Below are positions 46,977-55,347 of a DNA stretch of 64,000 bases, one piece after another. A program made the position numbers and the translations under genes. The notes below the pieces were generated by a model. It did not search any database and was not told the origin of the DNA. It was given only the letters and a program-made list of their open reading frames with translations. The stretch covers positions 93,406 to 157,405 of the forward strand of contig CAVQFU010000007.1 in NCBI GenBank assembly GCA_963711895.1. The letters are read 5' to 3'. Source of the stretch: an uncultured Acidobacteriota bacterium. Lineage in GTDB: Bacteria; Actinomycetota; Acidimicrobiia; Spongiisociales; ZC4RG35. Numbering within the stretch: position 1 is the first letter of the stretch; each line of letters starts with the position of its first letter.

Positions 46977-49676
46977 TCAGGCACCGAACACGACGAAGGA
47001 CGATCGGAGGGCTCTCTCTGCGTCATCGTCGGAATCCCCATACACCAAGGCCTTGGCCAGGGCCACGGGAGTGGGGTCGCCGGCGGCCAGTCCACGGTGA
47101 AGGGTGACCATCAGATCGGTGGCGGCCTCGTCGTCAATCGGTACCACGGGGGCGACGAGGCTGGAGACGCCCATGCCGATCAGGGCCGACGAAAGCCCCA
47201 GAAGCTCGTCGCCGGCCACGACTTTGGTCACGGCGGTGTCACATGAGCTGAGGACCATCACCGACGGGGGCGTCTTGATCTGCTCGAAGTCATAGACGGT
47301 GAGCGGGCCGTCGTGCATCTGAAGCGATGAGAACGACGGGTTGTCGTGGCGAAAAGTGCCGTGGGCAGCGAGATGAGCGACATCGGACCCCTCGATGTCC
47401 CTCAGCACCAGATCGGTCGTGGCATTGCGGCCGGTTCGCCGTCGATGTCTCTCGTAGAGCCGGGCGATCCTCGCGACCTCCTGGACTGCCCCGGGCAGAT
47501 CGGGCCCGGCAACGAGCGAGGCCATCGGAGTGCCTTTCAGCGTCTTCATCCTGGAAGACGCAACTGTCCAGCTCTCGAGAGAGGGCACGACGGTGAGGAT
47601 CCTCCCCGGGTCCAGCGCCGGCCACGGCAGCCGATGCAAGGCCGCCGTCGGCACCACAGTGATCTCCTCGCCATCGCTTGTCAGGGGATCCAGGAGCCAT
47701 TGCCGCAGCAGCTGGAGAGAACTGTCGATGCCGACCGCAGCCGCCTCGAGGGATCGGGGCGAGCCGGCTCCATGGGCGAGTCTGGTCAGCGAGAAGAGAA
47801 GCGACGAGACCTCATTGGCTGTGCGATCGGCCTCGACCAATCGCTTCAAGCCGATGGACCCGCGGTGCACCGACACCGCGTGGATGTCTCCTCCGTACTT
47901 GAAGTAGGAGATCAATCGTCGATCACCCAACCGATCGACGATGTCCTCGCGGCTGTTCGGGGTGGTGGCCCGAGCTGGACCGTAACCACGGAGATGACGG
48001 CTCACCGCCTTGATCTGGGCTTCGATCTTCGACTCCTGCACGATCAGAGAGTGGGTCGAGCCTCCGGTCACCGCCACCTCCCGGATCTCGGCGTTGATCC
48101 TCCGCAGCTCCGAGAGGAGACGGGTCAGCTCGGGGTCCGATGGCGGCCGCACCGCGGCCACCTGGCTGCTCTCGGATCGCCATGACTCCACCGCCTTCAA
48201 GACGCGCCATGGCGAGCCTGAGGCGACCCCTTGCTCGATGGCGAGGACCGCGAGATCCAGACCGTGGGTGGCGGCATGAGAGCGCAGGTCTGCAGCTCCC
48301 AGAGTCAGCCGGTAATCCCTGATCGCCTTGAAACCGGCCTCGATCGCCCTGGTCGATCCAATCGCGTTTCCCTCAGCCTGGCGGAGCAGGGCCTCAGCGT
48401 GCCAGGCCTTGGCCCGATCCAGCGAGGTTCCTCTCCTGCGAGCTCCCGAAGCGGCGCCGAGTTGCCGACGAGCCTCATCGATGGCGCCATCGCGCATGGC
48501 GATCCGACCGGCCAGCAGCCGACAATGCTGGGACTCGGAGATGAGGCCGATCCCGGCCAGGTCGTCGGCGAGGTGGGCTGCCTTCGACGACGTTCCTCCA
48601 TTCGATTTCTTGGTCTCGAATCGGGCCCGAAGCGAGGCGTATTCGGCCAGAAGGCGCCATGTATGCCGATCTTGCTCGGTGAATTCCGAGGCCGCGATTG
48701 ATGCCGCTTCGAGGGCCTCCTCCGGGCGCCGCGCGGCCAGCGCCACTTCGGCAGCGAGGAGACGGGTTTCGGAGAGATCCGTTTTGTTGTCGGTTCTCTC
48801 CAATCCGGAGATGGCGGCTCGCACCGCCTCCTCGGCCTCCGTATAGAGACCAGCGGCGAGGAGCATCTCGGCGCGATTGGCCCAGAGCACCTCGACCATT
48901 CCCGGTGGACGACCAAGTGCCTCATAGGCTGCCTCGGCACGATCGAACCAGGCGAGTGCTGCTGGCACATCACCCCTTCTCCCTTCCAGAAAGCCGAGAT
49001 TGTGGGCGCATCCAGCCACGATCAAGTCTTGTCCGAGCCGTTCCCCGATCTGGCGAGCCATCTCAAGGTCGGAAACTCCGAGGTCAAGTTCACCGCGATA
49101 GCCGTGGAGCACGCCGCGATTGGAGAGGAGTCGGGCTTCGGCCAGGTGGTCGCCGCTCCTTCGGAGGCCGGCCAAAGCCGATCGGTAACGAACCAGTGCC
49201 TCATCCAGCCGGCCGAGGCGTTGCAGGATCAGCCCGATCTGCATTTCGTTGCGAGCCAGGTCAGCTCCAGACAGGCCTCCTATTGCTTGTTCCGCTTCGT
49301 CCAGGGCTCCCTGCGTATCACCCACGTACAGGAGGACTAGAGCGAGACTCGAGCGGATCTGACTGACGCGCCGGGCCAAGCCTGAGTCGTCTGCGATGGA
49401 CAACGCTCTCCGCAGGGCCTCTTCCGCATCTTCGAGGTCGTTGAGCTGTCGCGCGGCGAGACCTGCTGCCCACCAAGCGACCGCCGTAGCTTCGGGATCG
49501 AGGTCTTGACGAGTGAGCAGTGAGCGCGCGTCTTCGCGGGCCCGCTTCGGATGGTCCTGAACCGAATCGACCACGCGCAGGGCGGATTCCAGGTTGGGAA
49601 TCGGAGGCGCATCGATCACGCCTTGGAGACTAGGTTTTGCCGGTTGCGCCTTGGGGCGCAATACGTGGGAGGCCAA
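46977..49676 (-). CDS. TPR-repeat CHAT-domain protease (caspase-like); alternative GTG start at about 49619
   Basis: About 600 aa of TPR repeats, then C-terminal CHAT domain with His-Cys dyad (DVAHLAAHG ... VMVLSSCDTA). Confidence 0.8.
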   Translation of the reverse strand: MASHVLRPKAQPAKPSLQGVIDAPPIPNLESALRVVDSVQDHPKRAREDARSLLTRQDLDPEATAVAWWAAGLAARQLNDLEDAEEALRRALSIADDSGLARRVSQIRSSLALVLLYVGDTQGALDEAEQAIGGLSGADLARNEMQIGLILQRLGRLDEALVRYRSALAGLRRSGDHLAEARLLSNRGVLHGYRGELDLGVSDLEMARQIGERLGQDLIVAGCAHNLGFLEGRRGDVPAALAWFDRAEAAYEALGRPPGMVEVLWANRAEMLLAAGLYTEAEEAVRAAISGLERTDNKTDLSETRLLAAEVALAARRPEEALEAASIAASEFTEQDRHTWRLLAEYASLRARFETKKSNGGTSSKAAHLADDLAGIGLISESQHCRLLAGRIAMRDGAIDEARRQLGAASGARRRGTSLDRAKAWHAEALLRQAEGNAIGSTRAIEAGFKAIRDYRLTLGAADLRSHAATHGLDLAVLAIEQGVASGSPWRVLKAVESWRSESSQVAAVRPPSDPELTRLLSELRRINAEIREVAVTGGSTHSLIVQESKIEAQIKAVSRHLRGYGPARATTPNSREDIVDRLGDRRLISYFKYGGDIHAVSVHRGSIGLKRLVEADRTANEVSSLLFSLTRLAHGAGSPRSLEAAAVGIDSSLQLLRQWLLDPLTSDGEEITVVPTAALHRLPWPALDPGRILTVVPSLESWTVASSRMKTLKGTPMASLVAGPDLPGAVQEVARIARLYERHRRRTGRNATTDLVLRDIEGSDVAHLAAHGTFRHDNPSFSSLQMHDGPLTVYDFEQIKTPPSVMVLSSCDTAVTKVVAGDELLGLSSALIGMGVSSLVAPVVPIDDEAATDLMVTLHRGLAAGDPTPVALAKALVYGDSDDDAERALRSSFVVFGA

Positions 49677-49693
49677 GAGAAAGTGGGGCCGCC

Positions 49694-51067
49694 GTGATCC
49701 CGTTCGACGCCGCGGAGTACGCCGAATCCATCAATGCCCGGTTGTCAGATCGGCGTATCCGCATCTCGCCCGGAGGTGGTTTTGCCTTCCGATCGGACCA
49801 AGTCAATGTTCGGGTGACACACGGAGCCGGGCAACCGGACTTCCCTGGCTCTCTCGTCCATGATGGCCCGCCGCTTTTTCCTGGGGGGGATTGGGACTAC
49901 TTCCTATTCCAGGTAGGTGACGACGAAGATCCCATTGACGCCGTTGCATCCTGGAACTCCGATCCCATCAACACTGCCACACCGGCCTTCCTCAACCGTG
50001 TGTTCTTCGGCGAGCCGGTCTACTTCGGCAACCCGGTCTACTTCGGCAACCCGGTCTACTTCGGCAACCCGGTCTACTTCGGCAACCCGGTCTACTTCGG
50101 CAACCCCTTCGACCGAAACAGCGCTCGGCCGGCGCTACTCCCCCCGCAGTGGGGGCCGGTGACAGATTGCAGTGCACTCGGGAGACAGCCACGAGTCCTG
50201 ATCGTCGACACCGGGCTCGCCACCGAGCTGATCGATGAAGAGCTCAGGGAGCCGGAACATCCGAGACTGAAGGACTGCGTCAGGGTCCATAGTGAGTGGA
50301 CGACAGCCGACAATGTCTCTGCACCTACCTTCGATTGGTCGAGAACCGACGAAGACGAGGTGGATTACGACGGGGATGGATTCCTCGACAGGCAGGCTGG
50401 GCATGGCACGTTCATTGCCGGGATAATCCGGAGCATCGCTCCCAACGCGGAGATCTGGATCCGTGGCGGTATCTCCAGCTTTGGCGACGGTGACGACTAC
50501 GACATCTCGGCGGCCCTCGTTGCCGCTAGCGAGTTGGCGAAAACCACGGACGGCATTCCGATCGACGTCGTAAATCTGTCGTTGGGCTGCTTCACCGAGG
50601 ATGACCAGAGCCCTAGCCCTTCGATCCTCGCCGACACGATCGTCCCGATGCAGGCTCAGGGAACCGTGTTCGTGGCCGCTGCCGGGAACGCGGGTTCCTG
50701 CCACAAGTTCTGGCCGGCTGCACTCGACGGTGTGATCGGAGTAGGCGCCACCTACTGCGGAAAGAGAGCATGGTTCTCCAATTTCGGTGAATGGGTCAAA
50801 GCTTGTGCTCCGGGGGTGGATGTCGTGAGCACCTTTCTGTTCCATGACGGTCCGGCATCGAGCATCGCCGGCGTCGATCCGGATCAATACGAAGGCTGGG
50901 CTGTGTGGTCGGGCACGTCGTTTGCAGCGCCGAAGGTCGCAGCCGAAATCGCCAGACGGATGTGCACCGAGGGGGAGGATGCCCTCGCCGCTGCAGCTGC
51001 GGTATGTCCGGATGACCCGGAGCCGCGTCTCGTTGTGGAAGGTCTGGGAATTCACATAGACGTCTGA
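49694..51067 (+). CDS. S8-family subtilisin-like serine peptidase with N-terminal (PVYFGN)x5 repeat region
   Basis: Asp (VLIVDTGL), His (GHGTFIAGIIRS), Ser (GTSFAAPKVAAEIAR) catalytic motifs. Start placed at GTG (VIPFDAAEY) because the ATG at 49637 would overlap the divergent CHAT gene start. Confidence 0.8.
   Translation: MIPFDAAEYAESINARLSDRRIRISPGGGFAFRSDQVNVRVTHGAGQPDFPGSLVHDGPPLFPGGDWDYFLFQVGDDEDPIDAVASWNSDPINTATPAFLNRVFFGEPVYFGNPVYFGNPVYFGNPVYFGNPVYFGNPFDRNSARPALLPPQWGPVTDCSALGRQPRVLIVDTGLATELIDEELREPEHPRLKDCVRVHSEWTTADNVSAPTFDWSRTDEDEVDYDGDGFLDRQAGHGTFIAGIIRSIAPNAEIWIRGGISSFGDGDDYDISAALVAASELAKTTDGIPIDVVNLSLGCFTEDDQSPSPSILADTIVPMQAQGTVFVAAAGNAGSCHKFWPAALDGVIGVGATYCGKRAWFSNFGEWVKACAPGVDVVSTFLFHDGPASSIAGVDPDQYEGWAVWSGTSFAAPKVAAEIARRMCTEGEDALAAAAAVCPDDPEPRLVVEGLGIHIDV
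50015..50104 (+). repeat. Five perfect 18-bp tandem repeats (ccggtctacttcggcaac) inside the S8 peptidase gene, encoding PVYFGN x5
   Basis: Read directly from sequence at 50015-50104; copies are identical at DNA level. Preceded by a degenerate copy (FFGE) and followed by PF. Confidence 0.85.
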
Positions 51068-51093
51068 TCCGGAGGCGTGAAAGATTCCCGTAT

Positions 51094-51732
51094 TTGGCGG
51101 CGGGACGGAGCGTCTTCCTTCATACCATGACGCCCATGGCATCCTTGGCGCGAGCCACCCATGGCGAACTGTTGACGCTGGCTGCCGCCGGTGATCAACC
51201 TGCCTGGAACGAATTGGTCGACCGGTTCAGCCAGATGGTCTGGTCCATCGCCCGCAGTTTCAGACTCGACGACGCCACGGCCAAGGATGTGAGCCAGACG
51301 GTCTGGCTTCGTCTCGTCGAGAACATCCAACGCATCGACGACCCGGAGCGGTTGCCGGGATGGCTCGCCACCACCTGTCGCCGTGAGGCCCTTCGAGTGA
51401 GGGGGATACGCGAGCGCTCGGTTCCGACCGACTTCCAGTACGACATCCCCGACGAATCTCCGTCGCTGGAAGCGATGCTGGTCGAGGACGAGGAGGCCAG
51501 GGAGGTGGTCGCTGCCTTCGCCACCCTCAGCGAAGACTGCCAACAGCTCCTCCGGCTGCTGACGACCGACCCGCCCCTGAGCTACGAAGAGATCTCAGAG
51601 ATCATCGGTCGGCCGATCGGCAGCTTGGGGCCGACCAGATCCAGGTGTCTCGAGCGGCTCAAGGCTGCTTTTTCGGCGCGTATCAGCGGGGCCGGAAACG
51701 ACTCTTTCGACTCAGGAGATGATGCCGAATGA
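51094..51732 (+). CDS. ECF-type sigma-70 family RNA polymerase sigma factor
   Basis: Region 2 (LAAAGDQPAWNELVDRFSQMVWSIARSF...DVSQTVWLRLV) and region 4 HTH (LSYEEISEIIGRPIGSLGPTRSRCLERLK). Confidence 0.8.
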   Translation: MAAGRSVFLHTMTPMASLARATHGELLTLAAAGDQPAWNELVDRFSQMVWSIARSFRLDDATAKDVSQTVWLRLVENIQRIDDPERLPGWLATTCRREALRVRGIRERSVPTDFQYDIPDESPSLEAMLVEDEEAREVVAAFATLSEDCQQLLRLLTTDPPLSYEEISEIIGRPIGSLGPTRSRCLERLKAAFSARISGAGNDSFDSGDDAE

Positions 51733-51920
51733 TGGAGTCGACACCGCAGCACGAAGAGATGTTGGTATCGCTGATCCAGCAAGGACTGGAGGAAGCCGAT
51801 AGACCGCCGGCGGATGTGACCGCTTTCGCCAAGGCGGTTTTTTCGTGGCGTACCATCGACGCTGAATTGGCTTGGGTCTCCTACGACCTTCCGAACGAGG
51901 AGATGAGCCCCGATGAGTGA
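51729..51920 (+). CDS. Small protein, truncated paralog of the downstream gene (possible anti-sigma-like factor)
   Basis: ATGA overlap with sigma factor stop. 63 aa closely similar to the N-terminal 55 aa of 51913..52371 (STPQHEEMLVSLIQQGLEEADRPPADVTAFAKAVFSWRTIDAELAWVSYD vs STSQHEERLLSMLRQGLDESDPAPADVTDFAKVALSWQTIDADLAQLTYD). Confidence 0.45.
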   Translation: MMESTPQHEEMLVSLIQQGLEEADRPPADVTAFAKAVFSWRTIDAELAWVSYDLPNEEMSPDE

Positions 51921-52371
51921 ATCGACCAGCCAGCACGAAGAGAGGCTTCTGTCGATGCTTCGTCAGGGACTCGACGAATCGGACCCGGCGCCGGCCGATG
52001 TGACCGATTTCGCCAAGGTCGCCCTGTCTTGGCAGACCATCGACGCCGACCTGGCCCAGCTCACCTACGACTCGATCGAGGAGTCGAATTCGTCCACGGT
52101 TCGGGGCGTTGCCATTGCCCGCATGCTCGCCTTCGAGGCTGGGGAATGGACGATCGACCTCGAGCACGATCCGGCCACCGGCTACCTGATGGGCCAGATC
52201 GAGCCAGCAGGCGTGATAACCGTCGAACTGCATGTTCTCGACACCGTCCTCGTCGCCGATACGGACGAGCAGGGCCGTTTTTCCTTCGAGGGGATCCAGT
52301 CCGGGCCCTTTGCGCTCGTCATCCGTTTCCAAGGGGACGAAACCGTCAAGACTGAGTGGGTCATCCTCTGA
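51913..52371 (+). CDS. Protein with N-terminal domain shared with the upstream paralog plus C-terminal CarbopepD_reg-like beta-sandwich (possible anti-sigma-like factor)
   Basis: ATGAGTGA overlap with previous ORF. C-terminal VLVADTDEQGRFSFEGIQSGPFALVI resembles the CarbopepD_reg motif. Confidence 0.55.
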   Translation: MSESTSQHEERLLSMLRQGLDESDPAPADVTDFAKVALSWQTIDADLAQLTYDSIEESNSSTVRGVAIARMLAFEAGEWTIDLEHDPATGYLMGQIEPAGVITVELHVLDTVLVADTDEQGRFSFEGIQSGPFALVIRFQGDETVKTEWVIL

Positions 52372-52475
52372 ACCCTGGACGGGTCTCACTTTCGGTATCA
52401 GCGCCGGGGCCATCTCCTCTCCATTGATGAATCGTCGTCAACCGACGACGAGCCGTCAGCGAGGAAAGGCGCGAC

Positions 52476-52661
52476 ATGACCAACATGTCCGAATCCCAGG
52501 AACCGAGGAACACCCGGCGCTGGGCTTGGACGGTTCGCCCCATCGAGCAGCTCGACAACCCCGTGCAGAGGTGGTTGGGCAACCGCTCGAAGGAGAACCG
52601 GCTCCAGGTGAAGCACCGGTCTCAGCTCCTGCCACGCCTCATTGTTCGCCCCGCCGTCTGA
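52476..52661 (+). CDS. Hypothetical small basic protein
   Basis: GAGGAAAGG RBS 8 nt upstream; followed by a strong terminator hairpin at 52697-52726. Confidence 0.3.
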   Translation: MTNMSESQEPRNTRRWAWTVRPIEQLDNPVQRWLGNRSKENRLQVKHRSQLLPRLIVRPAV

Positions 52662-52696
52662 GAATGGCTGAGGCACATGCCTCGCTAACGGAGTAG

Positions 52697-52726
52697 GAAG
52701 ACCCCCACCCTCGGGTGGGGGTCTTC
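52697..52726 (+). terminator. Rho-independent terminator hairpin (GAAGACCCCCACCC-TCG-GGTGGGGGTCTTC) followed by TCTT
   Basis: Perfect 13-bp GC-rich stem, 3-nt loop, U-rich tail on + strand; lies between convergent gene ends. Confidence 0.5.
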
Positions 52727-52809
52727 TCTTGCCGGAGGCTTTGACCGTCGTTCCTGCAATAGAGAAAGGCCGCCATGCGGCGGCCTTTCTCCTGTTGATG
52801 ACGTTCCCG

Positions 52810-53253
52810 TCAGGGCATCCGGTTGTCCCATTCCGGCTGATTCAGCTCGGTCGGCTGCGACACGGTGGTCGGTTGGACGATGCTCGGAACGTAGATCTGC
52901 TCATCGAGTTTGTCGATCAGCATGCTCGTCCGGGTCTCGGGGTTTGTCCCGGGATACGCATTGTTCTGCCTGGCCAACTCCATCTTGGTCGCCTCGATGT
53001 TGAAGGCCGGATGTGACTCCGCCTTGACCTGTGCGGCCAGCTCGTTGAGCCGGACCAGTTCGTCGTAGCGAGCGTCAGCGATCTGAGCCGCTCGGGTCTG
53101 GGCATCGGTGGCGGTGACGTCAGGCCCCTGATTGACAGCGAACACGAAGCCGGCGGCGATGACGACGGCCAGACCGGCCGCCGCAAAACCGAGGCCCTTG
53201 CCCGAACGCCCCGCTCTGGTGGTGGTACCCGAATGGGTAGCACTTGTGGACAT
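52810..53253 (-). CDS. Hypothetical membrane-anchored protein
   Basis: N-terminal TM helix (GLGFAAAGLAVVIAAGFVFAV) then about 100 aa extracytoplasmic region. Confidence 0.5.
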   Translation of the reverse strand: MSTSATHSGTTTRAGRSGKGLGFAAAGLAVVIAAGFVFAVNQGPDVTATDAQTRAAQIADARYDELVRLNELAAQVKAESHPAFNIEATKMELARQNNAYPGTNPETRTSMLIDKLDEQIYVPSIVQPTTVSQPTELNQPEWDNRMP

Positions 53254-53346
53254 GGTCTCTCCCTTCCCGTACAGGGGGCGATTTGCCCCCGTCGATTGGT
53301 AGGAGTCGGAGTGGCACGTCCTGATACATGCTCTCGACGCAAAAGA

Positions 53347-53370
53347 AAGGGGTCGTCCGGAGACGACCCC
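53347..53370 (-). terminator. Rho-independent terminator-like hairpin (AGGGGTCGTC-CGGA-GACGACCCCT) with T-rich tail on the minus strand
   Basis: 10-bp stem; on the minus strand it is followed by TTCTTTTGCG. Sits downstream of the PPOX-family gene. Confidence 0.45.
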
Positions 53371-53487
53371 TTCTTCCGCCCTCTTGGTCGGGAGCTAATG
53401 GCCCGCGACCTCCCCCACCTCTCAGGAGAGAGGGGCAGTCGGCCTCCTTGATACCTGGCCCGCGACTGTCCGCTGGTGACGGCGTGT

Positions 53488-53892
53488 TTACCAGGAACGA
53501 AGACGGCGGATGGTGATGCGGATCAGGGCGGAGTAATCGTCGGAGAATTGCTCTGGCGTCCAGCCGAGCCTCTCGATCTGGCCCTGGTACTTGGCGAAAT
53601 AGGCATGGTGCGCATGGGGCGGTGTCGGTGAGTCGACCACGCTGGCGGTCCCCTCGAAGGTGGCCATCGAGTCTCCCATCTCGTCGCCGCGCAGATTGAA
53701 GGCGACGTTCGGATTGGCGACGATGTTGCCCAATTTGCCGGCGTCGGGCTTGCTGTACACCAACAGGTCGTCGCCGTCACGTAGGAACCAGACCACTGAG
53801 CTCTGCGGCTGGCCATCTGGGGAGACGGTGGTCAGCCAGCCAACCAGGTCCTGATCCAACGTCCCAACCAGCTCGGGTCGGTTCTCCAGCAT
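53488..53892 (-). CDS. PPOX class F420-dependent oxidoreductase / pyridoxamine 5'-phosphate oxidase family protein
   Basis: Split-barrel FMN/F420-binding family pattern (LVGWLTTVSPDGQPQSSVVWF...). Confidence 0.7.
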   Translation of the reverse strand: MLENRPELVGTLDQDLVGWLTTVSPDGQPQSSVVWFLRDGDDLLVYSKPDAGKLGNIVANPNVAFNLRGDEMGDSMATFEGTASVVDSPTPPHAHHAYFAKYQGQIERLGWTPEQFSDDYSALIRITIRRLRSW

Positions 53893-53901
53893 GGCGGCAA
53901 A

Positions 53902-55284
53902 CTAGCGATTGGTGGCGAGGACCCCGACCGACCCGATCATCTCCAATGTCTCGGTGCCTTCAGCGGTGGAGAGGAATTCCCCGGTGGCCATCTCGATGGC
54001 ATGCACCCTCGGACTTTGCACCCAGGTCGAGGCGTAGGCGATCGACCCGGAGTCGCTGAAGGTCATTGGCCCCCACCATTGTTCGGGGGTCTCTGGCGGA
54101 TAGTGAAATCGAACGCTGAGGTCCGATGGATCGAGCAAAGACAGGCCGGTCGACTCCGACAAAGAAACCGACTCCGATTCCTCGGTTGTGTATCCGGACC
54201 CGAGCAGGGTCCCGCTGGGCGAGACCCAGATGTCGGAGATCGGCTCGTCGTTGCGACCCACGAGCTCCCATGTGGTGGTATCGATGGCCTTGACCCCGGC
54301 GGGCCTCGTTATCACCATCCAGTCGTCATCGTCTTCGATCAACTCCACGGAGCGGGTGGCGACGTGGAGGAACCGAGCGTCGGGGCTGAGGGCGCTCATT
54401 CGTCTGGTTCCGGTTCCAAGGTCAACTGTCCCAGCTACCGCGTGCTCCACGACGGCGCCTGTTATTACGTCGACCTCGGAAACCACATCCTCGTCACCAT
54501 GTGCCACCAGGAGTCGTGTCCCGGCTGGGTCCCAGGTGAAGGAGGGCGAGGTGTAGAGATACCCGGCCCAGGGGCCCTGGCTGACCGGGTCGACCGTGCC
54601 GATCCGGACCTGGGGTACGGGGATCTCGTTGACGACTGCCCCAGCCTCGTTGAGGCCGATGGTGGCTACGAACACCTGCTCTGCTTGCCCCGATCCTTGG
54701 TCTGCCGGCTTGGTGCCATAGAACAGGAAAAGAGCCTCTGTCACCGGCTCAGCCCCCCATACCGCGTAATGGGCGGGTAGAGAGGCGATCAGCGTCGATC
54801 CGGTTGAGTCGGTTGCGGCAAAACGAAATTCGACACTTGATCGGTAACTGATGTAGAAGACACTCCCGAACTCGTTGACATGGAAGATGAAATCGCCAGA
54901 CTCGGGCCACGTCATCACCGGCCGCCAAGACTGGAGATCAACGAGACGCATCTCGGGAGCCCCGCTTCCGGCTGCGTCGACCGTTGCCGCAAGATATCTG
55001 CCATCGGGCGAAGCAACCCATCCCCAGAGGGCGTCGCCCATCGGGATCGGGGCGAAGGCGGTCATCGGCTCCAACGACACAGGGTCCACTCTTTGCAGCA
55101 CGACCCGCTCCAGATCCAGTGTCGTGGTGGGCGCCGGCCTAGTGGTGGTCGACGGTCCGATGGTCGGTGTCGGTGCGAATGCGTCGGGTGGCGCAGTCGG
55201 TGGTGGGGGTGACGCCGACTCGGTGCAGGCGGCGAGGATCAGCAGGGGGGCGACAAGTAGGGCCAATCCTTGGCGTGACGCCAT
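53902..55284 (-). CDS. Hypothetical secreted lipoprotein (beta-propeller-like)
   Basis: Signal peptide plus lipobox (LILAACTE), Pro/Thr linker, about 400-aa beta-rich domain. Confidence 0.5.
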   Translation of the reverse strand: MASRQGLALLVAPLLILAACTESASPPPPTAPPDAFAPTPTIGPSTTTRPAPTTTLDLERVVLQRVDPVSLEPMTAFAPIPMGDALWGWVASPDGRYLAATVDAAGSGAPEMRLVDLQSWRPVMTWPESGDFIFHVNEFGSVFYISYRSSVEFRFAATDSTGSTLIASLPAHYAVWGAEPVTEALFLFYGTKPADQGSGQAEQVFVATIGLNEAGAVVNEIPVPQVRIGTVDPVSQGPWAGYLYTSPSFTWDPAGTRLLVAHGDEDVVSEVDVITGAVVEHAVAGTVDLGTGTRRMSALSPDARFLHVATRSVELIEDDDDWMVITRPAGVKAIDTTTWELVGRNDEPISDIWVSPSGTLLGSGYTTEESESVSLSESTGLSLLDPSDLSVRFHYPPETPEQWWGPMTFSDSGSIAYASTWVQSPRVHAIEMATGEFLSTAEGTETLEMIGSVGVLATNR

Positions 55285-55347
55285 CTAGTACTCCCGGAGG
55301 TCAAGGCTATCAACGCAGGGCTGCCCGGTTCCGGTTCCGAGCGCTTG

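Noticed and set aside
49637-49693. ATG start at 49637 for the S8 peptidase
   Set aside because: Would overlap the divergently transcribed CHAT gene start (49676) by 40 nt, leaving no room for promoters; an in-frame GTG at 49694 is more plausible. The CHAT start may likewise be the GTG at about 49619.
50015-50104. Possible CRISPR array (regularly spaced identical 18-bp repeats)
   Set aside because: Repeats are directly adjacent with no spacers, lie inside an intact reading frame and encode a peptide repeat; no cas genes in the window.
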